From Bryobacteraceae bacterium (GTDB taxonomy: Bacteria; Acidobacteriota; Terriglobia; Bryobacterales; Bryobacteraceae): a stretch of 64,000 nt of DNA. A program made the position numbers and the translations under genes. The stretch's first letter is position 1, and each line of letters opens with the position of its first letter. Location: the NCBI GenBank assembly GCA_036557945.1, contig DATBGM010000054.1, positions 4,188 through 68,187 of the forward strand, read 5' to 3'. Below are positions 54,310-63,913 of the stretch, one piece after another. The notes beneath the pieces were generated by a model. The model was given only the letters and a program-made list of their open reading frames with translations, was not told the DNA's origin and searched no databases.

Positions 54310-55089
54310 CTAGCGCAACACCGCTTGCAAGTGTGGCAATATCGCTGCCTGGCCGTGAAACGCAAGCTCGGTGCCGAGGATCACCAGCATCAGCAGAACA
54401 GCCAGCCGCATGGGCCGGGGCGCAATGCGTCCGGCCAGCATGGAGCCGGTGATCGCGCCCAGGATGCCACCCATCACAAGTTTCAGTAGCAGCCAGCCGT
54501 CGTAGTTGCCTTCGGTGAGATGAATCCCGCTGCCAACGGCCGAAAGAAGCAGACCGAAGGAGAGATCGGTTCCGACCACTTCCGCCGCGGACAATTTCGT
54601 GAGGCCGAAAAGGACAATCGAGCCGAGCGCGCCTGCACCCGCTGATGAAAAGCCGACCTCTGCGCCGATAGGCAACGTGAGCCAGGGTAGGAAATTCGCA
54701 CGATCCCGTACGCCGCCATCGCGCTTCGGCCGCAACGTACGATACAGGTGAAACAACGCGGTGAGTGTGATAACGGTGCCGAGGATGGCATACAATGCGC
54801 CTTCATAACTTCCGCCTTTAAGCGAGCTGAGCAGCAGCGACCCCGCAATCACACCCGGCACACCGCCCGCAAGCATAAAAGCGAGCACCCGGCCGTTTAC
54901 CTGTTTGCGCCATAGATACGCGGGAACCGAAACGATCTTGACGATTGCGCCAAATGTGAGCGCGGTCCCGACGGCAGTGGTAGGAGAAACGCCAAGGAAA
55001 AGAATAAGCAGCGGCGTGGTCATGCTGCCTGCGCCGACGCCGGTGAGCGAAATAGCCACCGCGATGACGAAGCCGATCAGGACTTCCAC
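54310..55089 (-). CDS. TauE/SafE (TSUP) family anion permease
   Basis: 8-TM glycine-rich protein with an internal repeat (GVGAGSMTTPLL / SSAGAGALGSIVL). Confidence 0.85.
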   Translation of the reverse strand: MEVLIGFVIAVAISLTGVGAGSMTTPLLILFLGVSPTTAVGTALTFGAIVKIVSVPAYLWRKQVNGRVLAFMLAGGVPGVIAGSLLLSSLKGGSYEGALYAILGTVITLTALFHLYRTLRPKRDGGVRDRANFLPWLTLPIGAEVGFSSAGAGALGSIVLFGLTKLSAAEVVGTDLSFGLLLSAVGSGIHLTEGNYDGWLLLKLVMGGILGAITGSMLAGRIAPRPMRLAVLLMLVILGTELAFHGQAAILPHLQAVLR

Positions 55090-55101
55090 GTTTAGCGCTC
55101 C

Positions 55102-55812
55102 TCAGCCTTGGATATTCGCCTCGCTGAGATGCGCGGCCTCATTGACGATATGGATGCCGCATTCGAGCTTGCGCCCGCCCCAACGGCCCGAGCGCAGGTT
55201 GTGTTCATCCAGCGGCTTGGCCGTGCAAGGCTCGCAGCCGATGCTGGTATAGCCTTCGTTGTAAAGCGAAAGCACCGGAATCTGCCGTTCACGCGCCCAC
55301 TGCCAGACTTCTTTGTCGCTCCAGGCGGCAAGCGGACTCACTTTAAGTAACTGCTTACCGGAGGCAAGCGGAAAATGATCGATCGTCTGTAAATTCGCGC
55401 GCGTGGGTGATTGCGTGCGGCGCAAGCCCGTGAACCAGATTTCGTAGCCTTGCAGGGCGTTGAACAGCGGGCCGACTTTGCGCAGCTTGCAGCATTCGTC
55501 CGGACGCGACTGATAGAGCAAGCCGTGCTGCGCTTCCTGCTCGGCCACGGGTTGCTTCGGCACGACGTTCACAAGGTTCAGGCCGTAACGCTTTTTCATC
55601 TCGTCACGGTAGCGATAAACCTCATTGAAGTGATAGCCGGTTTCGAGAAACAGAACGGGCACATCGGGCAGATGCTCGCGCACGAGCTCGACCACAATCA
55701 TGTCCTCAGTTTGAAAACTGCAGGTAACGCACACACGACCGGGTGTGCGCAGGGCTTGTTCGATGGTTTCACGCGCTTGGTCGACTTTGGTGGCTTCGAT
55801 GGTCGTGCTCAT
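55102..55812 (-). CDS. cysH: adenylylsulfate (APS) / PAPS reductase, Fe-S (APS-reductase) type
   Basis: C-terminal ECGIH motif plus the CC...CxxC cysteines (DECCKLRK, IGCEPCT) characteristic of APS reductases. Confidence 0.9.
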   Translation of the reverse strand: MSTTIEATKVDQARETIEQALRTPGRVCVTCSFQTEDMIVVELVREHLPDVPVLFLETGYHFNEVYRYRDEMKKRYGLNLVNVVPKQPVAEQEAQHGLLYQSRPDECCKLRKVGPLFNALQGYEIWFTGLRRTQSPTRANLQTIDHFPLASGKQLLKVSPLAAWSDKEVWQWARERQIPVLSLYNEGYTSIGCEPCTAKPLDEHNLRSGRWGGRKLECGIHIVNEAAHLSEANIQG

Positions 55813-57302
55813 TCCTGCTCCCTTGCGGAAAATTTTTGAAGGCGCTCGAGCAGGCGCTGCAAGAGCTCGGCGGCTTCCGGATCGTTGATGGTGTGCGTAC
55901 GCGTTTCGGCCGCGAACTGCGGATCGTCGATGTTCAGGACGAGTGCGCGGTCTTTGATCTGCCAGGTGAATTCAGACGGAACGTCGGAGACGCGGTGTGT
56001 CGGTTCGATGCCGCGATCGATCATACCCGCCGCGACCGTGGCGTTGGTCGCCGGGTCGATCAGGATGAAACTGCCCGTGACGCGATTGGCCGCGTACGGG
56101 TCAAAGACGATTGGGCGAGCGGTTTCGACATGGACGACGCTGATCGAATTCATCTGCAGCGTATCGGCTGCTTCCTTTTCGAGCGTGTTGATGTTGATGC
56201 GATGCTCGATCTGCGCGAGCTCGGCCCAGCCCTGGCGGGTGGCGTGTTTGATGCGGTAGCGCTTGCCGCCCTGACCTGGTGCTTCATTCAGCCAAACGAC
56301 AGTGGCGCGGAAAGCGGTGGCGGTTTCGGGCTCAAATTCGGAAGCCGTAATGGTGTCGCCGCGGCTCAGGTCGAGCTCATCGGCCAGAGTGAGCGTGACT
56401 GCTTGCCCGGCGTGGGCGAGCTCGAGCTCACCGTCATATGTGGAAATCGAAGCAATGCGCGTTTCGCGGCCCGATGGCCAGACCGTCACTGGATCGCCGG
56501 GTTGGATCTCGCCCGATGCGATCGTACCGGCATAGCCGCGGAAGAAATGGTCAGGGCGCACGACACGCTGCACCGGAAAACGAAAGGGCTTGTGCTTCAG
56601 GAGCGATTCGACGGGTGCTTCTTCCAGGTACTCGAGCAGGCTCGGGCCGTTGTACCAGGGCATCTTCGCACTGCGATGCACGATGTTGTCGCCTTCAAGG
56701 GCGCTGACCGGAATGAAAACCGGCTCGAGCGTTTGAAACAGATTAAGAAATTCGCGAAAGTCGCGCTCAATGGCAGTGAACACGCGCTCTTCGTAGCCGA
56801 CCAGGTCCATTTTGTTGACGGCGATCACCAGATGCTGCAAGCCGAGCAAAGAGGCGATAAAGGCGTGTCGACGCGATTGCGGCAGCAGGCCTTTGCGCGC
56901 ATCCACCAGCACGATGGCAAGATCGGCAGTAGAGGCGCCGGTAACCATGTTGCGCGTGTACTGCTCGTGACCGGGCGTGTCGGCGATGATGAACTTGCGC
57001 CGCGGCGTGGAAAAGTAGCGATGCGCGACGTCGATGGTGATGCCCTGTTCGCGCTCGGCGCGCAGGCCGTCGGTTAGCAGCGAAAAATCGATCGCTCCGG
57101 CGTTGCGGCCGGCGGATGCTTTGCTGACGGATTCGATCTGGTCTTCGTAGACGTTGCGCGAATCATAGAGCAGGCGGCCGATCAGCGTGGATTTGCCGTC
57201 ATCGACACTGCCCGCGGTGCTAAAGCGCAACAGCTCGCGATCTTCGCCCGGCTCGACCGGATCGAACTCGGCCATCGACGATGAAAGTATCGCGGAGGCC
57301 AT
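55809..57302 (-). CDS. cysN: sulfate adenylyltransferase subunit 1 (GTPase)
   Basis: GSVDDGKSTLIGRL, DTPGHEQY and NKMD GTPase motifs. The ATG at 57302 overlaps the cysD stop (TGATG). There is no APS-kinase domain. Confidence 0.93.
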   Translation of the reverse strand: MASAILSSSMAEFDPVEPGEDRELLRFSTAGSVDDGKSTLIGRLLYDSRNVYEDQIESVSKASAGRNAGAIDFSLLTDGLRAEREQGITIDVAHRYFSTPRRKFIIADTPGHEQYTRNMVTGASTADLAIVLVDARKGLLPQSRRHAFIASLLGLQHLVIAVNKMDLVGYEERVFTAIERDFREFLNLFQTLEPVFIPVSALEGDNIVHRSAKMPWYNGPSLLEYLEEAPVESLLKHKPFRFPVQRVVRPDHFFRGYAGTIASGEIQPGDPVTVWPSGRETRIASISTYDGELELAHAGQAVTLTLADELDLSRGDTITASEFEPETATAFRATVVWLNEAPGQGGKRYRIKHATRQGWAELAQIEHRININTLEKEAADTLQMNSISVVHVETARPIVFDPYAANRVTGSFILIDPATNATVAAGMIDRGIEPTHRVSDVPSEFTWQIKDRALVLNIDDPQFAAETRTHTINDPEAAELLQRLLERLQKFSAREQE

Positions 57303-58222
57303 CAGAAGTACCCTTCCTGTTTTTTGATTTCCATGGAACCGTCCTGATCGTGGTCGATGACGCGGTTCTGGCGCTCGGAGCGTTTCACGGCCGTGAGTTC
57401 CTCGATAATGGCCGGAATCGAATCGGCATCCGAGCGGACCGCGCCCGTGCAGGGGCTGCAGCCGAGCGAGCGCATGCGGCATTTCACCATTTGCGGCTCT
57501 TCGCCGGGCAATCGCGGAATGAACGGCTGCTCGATCGGCAAAAGCGAATCGCCGCGCACCAGCATCGGCCGGTATTTGGCGAAATAAAGCGGCACGACCG
57601 GGATGTTTTCGTAGTGGATGTACTGCCAGACATCGAGCTCGGTCCAGTTGGAGAGCGGGAAGACGCGCAGGCTCTCGCCCTTGTTGACGTTCGTATTAAA
57701 GATGTTCCAGAGTTCGGGTCGCTGGTTGCGCGGGTCCCACTGGCCCTTGGTGTCGCGGAACGAAAAGACGCGCTCTTTGGCCCGCGACCGTTCTTCGTCG
57801 CGCCGGGCGCCGCCGATGGCAGCATCGAAATTGCCCTCGCGCAGGGCCGCCAAAAGGGCGCCGGTCTTCAGAGCGCCGCAGCAGCGCTGGGTACCCCAAA
57901 CAAACGGGTTGGCGCCGTCGGCCAGCGCTTGCCGGTTAGTGTGGACGATCAGCTTCACGCCGAGCTGAGCCGCGAACCGGTCCCGGAACTCGATCATTTC
58001 CCGGAATTTATAGCCGGTATCGATGTGCAGCAGCGGAAACGGGATGGGGCCGGGGTGAAAGGCCTTTTCTGCCAAACGAACTAGTACAGAGGAATCTTTG
58101 CCGATAGAATAGAGCAGCACAGGGCGCGTGCACTCGGCCACGACCTCGCGGAGGATTTGGATGCTCTCGGCTTCGAGCTGTTTGAGGTAGCCCGGTTTTG
58201 TCACACTAGCAGCGTACCACAT
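57302..58222 (-). CDS. cysD: sulfate adenylyltransferase subunit 2
   Basis: [13 protein letters not shown]-loop-like motif and high overall CysD similarity (RTDEE-like [18 protein letters not shown]). Confidence 0.95.
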   Translation of the reverse strand: MWYAASVTKPGYLKQLEAESIQILREVVAECTRPVLLYSIGKDSSVLVRLAEKAFHPGPIPFPLLHIDTGYKFREMIEFRDRFAAQLGVKLIVHTNRQALADGANPFVWGTQRCCGALKTGALLAALREGNFDAAIGGARRDEERSRAKERVFSFRDTKGQWDPRNQRPELWNIFNTNVNKGESLRVFPLSNWTELDVWQYIHYENIPVVPLYFAKYRPMLVRGDSLLPIEQPFIPRLPGEEPQMVKCRMRSLGCSPCTGAVRSDADSIPAIIEELTAVKRSERQNRVIDHDQDGSMEIKKQEGYF

Positions 58223-58248
58223 ACTCTACTAATCCGATGAGCTTTATG

Positions 58249-58277
58249 TTGACAAGTTTCGAATGTTATTGTTAATC
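58249..58277 (+). promoter_or_regulatory. candidate promoter TTGACA-(16/17 nt)-gTTAATc upstream of the TonB-dependent receptor
   Basis: Consensus TTGACA at 58249-54 and a weak -10 around 58271-77. The ATG at 58288 has no SD. Confidence 0.3.
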
Positions 58278-58287
58278 TCGATCAACA

Positions 58288-61200
58288 ATGTATAGAAAGT
58301 GCCTGCTTGGGTTCGTTTGGCAATTAGGGCTGGCCTCCTTTTTATGGAGCCAGGTGGTCGGGGCCTCAATATCGGGAGTAGTGCGGGACGAATCGGGTGC
58401 GTCGCTGGTGGGCGCGAAGGTGACGTTAATCAACAACGAAACCGGCGGCGCACGCACTTTGGTTACGGACCAGGCGGGCCGATACGCAGTGGCCTCGGTT
58501 GCAATCGGCTCGTACAATGTGGCCGCCACCAAGCCGGGATTTCAATCGCAGGTGAGGACGGGGGTGAACCTGGTAGTCGGGCAGGCGGCGCGGGTGGATC
58601 TTGTTTTGCCGGTGGGAGAAGTGCGGGAAGTAGTCAGCGTGGAAGACCGGCCGGATGCGGTGAGCGTGACCACGCAGCAAACTTCGGGCCTGGTGAGCGA
58701 GAAGCAGGTGAAAGAGCTGCCGTTGAACGGGCGCAGCTTCGACAATTTGATGACATTGAATCCAGCGACGGTCAATTACACGTCGCAGCGCTCCGGCGGC
58801 ATCGGAACTTCGAATTCTGCCGTAGGGAATATGTTTGCGGTATCGGGTCACCGGCCGCAGGAGAATCTCTTTCTGCTGAACGGGATCGAGTACACGGGCG
58901 CATCGGAAATCAACAACACGCCGGGCGGCACGAGCGGGCAATTGTTGGGTGTGGACGCGGTGCGCGAGTTCAACGTGGTGACCGACACCTATGGCGCCGA
59001 ATACGGCAAGCGGCCGGGAGCACAGGTGAGTATTGTCACCGCTTCCGGCGGGAACCAGCTGCATGGTTCGGTTTATGAATTTTTACGGAATAACGCTCTG
59101 GATGCGCGAAATTTTTTTGACGGCCCCTCGGTTCCGCAGTTTCAGCGAAATGTGTTCGGCGGCGCGCTCGGAGGGCCGCTGAAAAAGAACAAGCTGTTTC
59201 TGTTCGGCAACTATGAAGGTTTCCGGCAGCACCTCAGGTTGAGCGATGTGACGTTTGTACCGGATAACGCGACACGCGCCCGCACGGATATCAGCCCGGA
59301 CGCGAGAACGCTGCTGGCGCTCTGGCCGGTGCAGAACGGACCGAGTCTGGGAGGCGGCATCGGGCTTGCTTACAGCAATCCGCTGCAGACGATTCGCGAG
59401 GATTTCGGCACGACGCGCTTCGACTACAACATCAGCGACCGCGATACATTCTTCGCCGTTTACACCATCGATGACAGCAACGCCAACACACCATCGCAGA
59501 ATCCGCTGAGCGGCGTATTCGAGACCTTGCGCGAGCAGGTGGCGAGCATTCAGGAGCAGCACGTGTTTTCGCCGAACGTGCTGAATACGGCGCGCTTCGG
59601 TTTCTCCCGCGCGGGCTATTTCTTTACGGGCACGACGCCGGTTGATGTGCCGGGCTGGGTGGAAGGAGCGCCGATTGGAGCGGTGGTGATCGGCGGCGGC
59701 ACCGCGCTGAATGGCGCGTCGCAGATTACTTTGGGCGGCACCAATGCGGGCAGTAACCTTTCGGCCGTCCGGAACTTGTTTACCTACGACGATCACATCG
59801 CCATCAATAAGGGCATTCATCAGATCGAGGCGGGCTTCTGGCTGCAGCGCATTCAGGCGAACGATAATCTCGCGCAGTATCAATATGGGCAGGCTTCGTT
59901 TGGCAGTTTAGATACGTTTTTGCACGGCACGGTTTCGACGTTTACCGTGATTCCATCGCCGACTCCGCTCGGCTGGCGATCGGTGGAAGCGGCGGGTTTC
60001 GTGCAGGACGCTATCCGGCCCATACGCGGATTAGAGCTGCGCATCGGCTTCCGCTTCGAATCGACGAACGGCTGGAACGAGGTGCACGGGCGCGGCGCGA
60101 ATTACACCTTTCCGAATGGCGTGATCGCGACCGAGCCGCGTATTGCGAGCTCCGTTTTCACGGAGAATCGCGCCAAATTTCTTCCCGAGCCGCGCTTCGG
60201 TTTTGCCTGGGATCCGTTCGGCAAAAGCAAAACCGTGATCAGCGGCGGCTTTGGCATTTATCGCTTTCTGCTCGATAATCTCGATTACCGGCTGGATCAG
60301 ACGGCGCCTTTCAATACCACGCAAACATTGAAAAATGTTCCCCTCGCCGGCCTGAAGATTGTGCCCGGAGCGCCGCTTCCTTCGAGCGGGAAGATTTCGC
60401 CGAGCGGCATTCAACCCGATGCGTACACGCCCACGATTCTGACCTGGACCTTCAAAGTGCAGCAGGAGATTGCGCCGAATACGGCGCTGGCGGTGGGTTA
60501 TGTGGGTTCGCACGGCTACCACGAGATGCTGTCGCTCAACGCCAATGAGCCGTTTCCCAGCCGCCTGCCCGATGGAAGGATTTATTATCCGAAGGGCGCG
60601 CCGTTTGCGAATCCGAACCTCGCGAACACGACGACGTGGTTTTCCAACGGTGTGAGTTCCTTTAACGCGCTCGAAATCGACGTCACACGGCGCTTTACGC
60701 ATGGTTTGCAGTTCCGCGGCGCCTACACCTTCGCAAAGAGTTTGGATAACGGCACAGCCTGGAACAGCAGCGTGGCCGCGAATGCGCCGGGTTTCGTGAT
60801 GTTCCCGTTGAATCCCATGTGGGATTACGGTCTGTCGACCACCGACGTGCGGCATCTGGCGACCATTAACGCCACCTATGAGCTGCCGATCGGCCGCGGC
60901 AAGCGCTTTCTCGGCGGTGTTACGGGCTGGCGCGAAAAGCTCGCGAGCGGCTGGTCGATCAGCGCGATCGAGACGGTGCAATCGGGGCTGCCCTTCACGC
61001 CGCAGCTTGGTTTTAATCCGACCAACAATGGCGACAGCCGCAACCCGATCCGGCCGTCCTGGAATCCGGCATTCGCGGGCAAACTGATCTCCGGTTCGCC
61101 GAATTTGTATTTCGATCCGAATGCTTTTGTGGTGCCCCAGAACGGAACGTACGGAAACGTCGGGCGCGACACTTTGATCGGACCGGGCATCCTTTCGCTC

Positions 61201-61416
61201 GATGCTTCGTTGCTGAAAAACACTTCCATCACCGAGCGCGTACGGCTGCAATTCCGCGCGGAGTTTTTCAACACGCTGAACCACTCGAATCTCAGCACGC
61301 CGAATCCGGTCGTGTTTACGTCGGCGAACTCCACGCCCTCATCGACGGCGGGCGTGATCACGGCAACTTCAACCACGTCGCGGCAGGTGCAGTTCGGTTT
61401 AAAGCTGTTGTTCTGA
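58288..61416 (+). CDS. TonB-dependent receptor with N-terminal carboxypeptidase-regulatory-like domain
   Basis: Signal peptide, then ISGVVRDESGASLVGAKVTLINNETG (CarboxypepD_reg), a plug-like region (ELPLNGRSF), a long beta-barrel and the terminal QVQFGLKLLF. Confidence 0.85.
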   Translation: MYRKCLLGFVWQLGLASFLWSQVVGASISGVVRDESGASLVGAKVTLINNETGGARTLVTDQAGRYAVASVAIGSYNVAATKPGFQSQVRTGVNLVVGQAARVDLVLPVGEVREVVSVEDRPDAVSVTTQQTSGLVSEKQVKELPLNGRSFDNLMTLNPATVNYTSQRSGGIGTSNSAVGNMFAVSGHRPQENLFLLNGIEYTGASEINNTPGGTSGQLLGVDAVREFNVVTDTYGAEYGKRPGAQVSIVTASGGNQLHGSVYEFLRNNALDARNFFDGPSVPQFQRNVFGGALGGPLKKNKLFLFGNYEGFRQHLRLSDVTFVPDNATRARTDISPDARTLLALWPVQNGPSLGGGIGLAYSNPLQTIREDFGTTRFDYNISDRDTFFAVYTIDDSNANTPSQNPLSGVFETLREQVASIQEQHVFSPNVLNTARFGFSRAGYFFTGTTPVDVPGWVEGAPIGAVVIGGGTALNGASQITLGGTNAGSNLSAVRNLFTYDDHIAINKGIHQIEAGFWLQRIQANDNLAQYQYGQASFGSLDTFLHGTVSTFTVIPSPTPLGWRSVEAAGFVQDAIRPIRGLELRIGFRFESTNGWNEVHGRGANYTFPNGVIATEPRIASSVFTENRAKFLPEPRFGFAWDPFGKSKTVISGGFGIYRFLLDNLDYRLDQTAPFNTTQTLKNVPLAGLKIVPGAPLPSSGKISPSGIQPDAYTPTILTWTFKVQQEIAPNTALAVGYVGSHGYHEMLSLNANEPFPSRLPDGRIYYPKGAPFANPNLANTTTWFSNGVSSFNALEIDVTRRFTHGLQFRGAYTFAKSLDNGTAWNSSVAANAPGFVMFPLNPMWDYGLSTTDVRHLATINATYELPIGRGKRFLGGVTGWREKLASGWSISAIETVQSGLPFTPQLGFNPTNNGDSRNPIRPSWNPAFAGKLISGSPNLYFDPNAFVVPQNGTYGNVGRDTLIGPGILSLDASLLKNTSITERVRLQFRAEFFNTLNHSNLSTPNPVVFTSANSTPSSTAGVITATSTTSRQVQFGLKLLF

Positions 61417-61560
61417 CGCAGGAGCAAGCTGGTCGTCAGGGCACATAAACCACGATGCTATAGACCAAAGCGACGGTTGAAGGTCTGCTGTCAACGCGGT
61501 TTGAGCGGTTGCTTTTGCTGCGTGGCCGCATACTTTGCGGGTAGCGCGAATCCTTCTTTG

Positions 61561-61585
61561 AAAAAACCTATCTGCGAACCCGCAG
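61561..61585 (-). terminator. weak intrinsic terminator after the PEP-CTERM gene
   Basis: On the minus strand, ctgcg-ggtt-cgcag (61585-61572) followed by ataggtttttt. Confidence 0.35.
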
Positions 61586-61617
61586 CCTGAAATAAAAAGA
61601 AAAGCAATGGAAGTTAC

Positions 61618-62292
61618 TCACTTCAGGATGTTGTAACTGCGCAAACACGTATACGCACAAACCGAGAATGCCAGACCGACCAAGATCAGTAATAACGACA
61701 TTGGTTCAGGCGCCACATTCCGATCGGTGGGCTGAGTAAACATGAAGTCTTGCGGCTCTAATCCTCCGAAAGGTTGCAGGGCGGAAAAGTCGATCAATAG
61801 TTTCGCGTACAGGTCATTCCGCGTAAGACTCCCCTTTAAGCGGACCGCATCCGAATAGGTAACGACAATATCATCCAGTCCAGATGAATTAAAAAGATCC
61901 GGACTAAATGAAATATCCGCTCCTGGGCCGCTTCCCGGAGTGCTGGCCGTCGAATGTGCCCGATCGAAATAGATTCCCGCGGCAGTGCCGTCGAGTTCAA
62001 CTGAATTGAGCGGACTAAGAAACGTTGCTGAGTAGTGCCAGGCAAGCGAAGCGCTGGCATTGCCGCTTACGGATACCGAGGCAACAATCCTGTCTGAGTG
62101 GACGTCCCCTACGGACGCGGCTCCCGAGGTTGGACCCGTAGGTACCCACACAGAAGTGACCGTAAACGGGTTAAATGGCGCTCCGTAGGTTTCCTTTACA
62201 ATCAATCCCGTGATGTCCGCGCCAGTGACGTTGGCGGTGATCGAATTAGCGCGGGTCTGCTGATTGGGATCAACAACAACGGTATTGGCCAC
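61618..62292 (-). CDS. PEP-CTERM-anchored protein (mature part; apparent frameshift separates it from its signal peptide)
   Basis: C-terminal VAPEPMSLLLILVGLAFSVCAYTCLR (PEP motif plus TM helix). The only in-frame start is the GTG at 62292, which gives no signal peptide. See the finding for the out-of-frame signal peptide at 62345. Confidence 0.55.
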   Translation of the reverse strand: MANTVVVDPNQQTRANSITANVTGADITGLIVKETYGAPFNPFTVTSVWVPTGPTSGAASVGDVHSDRIVASVSVSGNASASLAWHYSATFLSPLNSVELDGTAAGIYFDRAHSTASTPGSGPGADISFSPDLFNSSGLDDIVVTYSDAVRLKGSLTRNDLYAKLLIDFSALQPFGGLEPQDFMFTQPTDRNVAPEPMSLLLILVGLAFSVCAYTCLRSYNILK

Positions 62293-62574
62293 ACCGGGGC
62301 TGATATCGACAAAGCAAGCGCGACCAGCAGTATGTGACGTTGCATGAGACTACTCGACCCGTGAAGCTATGAGCAGACTATTGAGCGAACCGATTTTTGG
62401 ACTGATCATTTTAAGCTTGCTCCTCATGGAAAAAGATTGATTTGCATTCAAGCAACACGGATCCTGAGATCCAAAAAATCCGTAGCGAATGAGACAGTGA
62501 GTTTCCGCAGATGCGGACGCCGCCTCCTGCTCACGTTTGCACACCTAGCCCGGCCGGTTCATCTCCGGCAGCAT

Positions 62575-62600
62575 AGAGAAAAGGGCACGCGGGCGTGCCC
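62575..62600 (-). terminator. intrinsic terminator after the second PEP-CTERM gene
   Basis: On the minus strand, gggcacg-cccg-cgtgccc (62600-62583) followed by ttttctct. Confidence 0.55.
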
Positions 62601-62625
62601 CACTTGAAGTTGCTATCGGTATCGG

Positions 62626-63303
62626 TTAAAGCGAGCCGTGACGCGAAGCACGACGCCGCCAGGCCAGCATGCAAAGTAAACCACTGCCGAGCAGGCCGAG
62701 AACGCCGGGCTCCGGAGTTACGGACGCGCCGCCGCCGACGTAATCCAATGCCGTGCTGGCGGTAGCGACAGCGACACCGTAATCAACACGGCCGGTACCG
62801 GTCCCGCTGAAGTCGCCATTGCTCCAGAAATCGACGACTCTGCCTCCGCCAATCTCAAACATCAGCCCGTAAATATCGAAAAATCCGCCGTGGGGCGGGT
62901 AATCGGAGGCCGTTTGCGGCGAGCCGCCAGGATAGAAGAGATTGTCGTAGGTCAAGAAGCCGTTGCTTATCGGGGAAAGGCCCGACGCTACCGCGAACCT
63001 GCTGAAATCGTTCGGCGCGAGCAAATTGGTCGGTTCCGGCGTGTCATGCTTGATCGCCACCAGCGAACCGATAGGCGCGTTAACGATCCCGAGGCCATGA
63101 TTCGAATCGGAAAAGGTTCCGCTGATTCCGGTCACCTCAAAGGCTTGCGGATATTTGGCATCGGTGGCGGCGCCATAACTTAGCGTAATCGCGCCACTTA
63201 CTCCCGGGCCGGTGAAGTTAAAGGCAAATGTGCTGGCGCTTAGCTGAAGAGGAAGCGACGCAGCAAAGAGCAGCGTGGCTGAAACTGCAAGTTTCTTTCT
63301 CAT
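62626..63303 (-). CDS. PEP-CTERM sorting-domain protein
   Basis: Signal peptide MRKKLAVSATLLFAASLPLQLSA and C-terminal VTPEPGVLGLLGSGLLCMLAWRRR. ATG at 63303. Confidence 0.75.
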   Translation of the reverse strand: MRKKLAVSATLLFAASLPLQLSASTFAFNFTGPGVSGAITLSYGAATDAKYPQAFEVTGISGTFSDSNHGLGIVNAPIGSLVAIKHDTPEPTNLLAPNDFSRFAVASGLSPISNGFLTYDNLFYPGGSPQTASDYPPHGGFFDIYGLMFEIGGGRVVDFWSNGDFSGTGTGRVDYGVAVATASTALDYVGGGASVTPEPGVLGLLGSGLLCMLAWRRRASRHGSL

Positions 63304-63562
63304 ATCGATGAAAGGCTCCAATTTTGATGAAAGGGCGAAAGGATCGCACATCGACTGGTTCGTCGCGAGTGCGTCCGAGTTCAGAGCATTATAACCACGG
63401 AAATGACGAAGAGCAAAATTTATGAAGTCTTGTTACCAGAGATGGTTGGCGCGGAGGCGCGGCAACAATTTGTTGTAGCTATATCTTAGTGGCATCGGAA
63501 AACCGCATCGCATCAAGCTTTCTCGTGCCGCCCGCTATCCAGTCCGGGATTAAAAACATCGC

Positions 63563-63862
63563 TTAATGCGGCTCTTTCCAGCCGCGCAGCGCGTAATATT
63601 TCTCGCGAGGGTCGCCGGTCCAGCCGTTGACGCCATGCCGCGGAAGCCAGATCGCGTGAACGTAGATCACGGGGAGGAGAGCGATTCCGATCGCAATGAG
63701 AACACCGGCCCTGCCGAAATAATACGAGATGATGCCCGTCACCGCCAGCGCTGCGAGCGTCTTCACCACACGACGCCATACCGGCTTCTTCGGATCGAAG
63801 TGACGGAACCTGATGTTTCCCAGGACAAGCAGTGCGGCCACTACGGCCAAATCGAGTAACAT
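63563..63862 (-). CDS. small membrane protein, function unknown
   Basis: 99 aa with three hydrophobic helices. I recognise no family. Confidence 0.5.
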   Translation of the reverse strand: MLLDLAVVAALLVLGNIRFRHFDPKKPVWRRVVKTLAALAVTGIISYYFGRAGVLIAIGIALLPVIYVHAIWLPRHGVNGWTGDPREKYYALRGWKEPH

Positions 63863-63913
63863 GCTTCCGCACTCAAGAAACGACGTTCCGAACTTGGGTA
63901 AATTGTATAGCGA

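Noticed and set aside
61417-61560. Possible small RNA or tRNA-like element downstream of the TonB-dependent receptor (contains gcgaatcc).
   Set aside because: I could draw no cloverleaf or stable conserved-looking structure. Only weak short hairpins are present (ctgacg...cgtcag).
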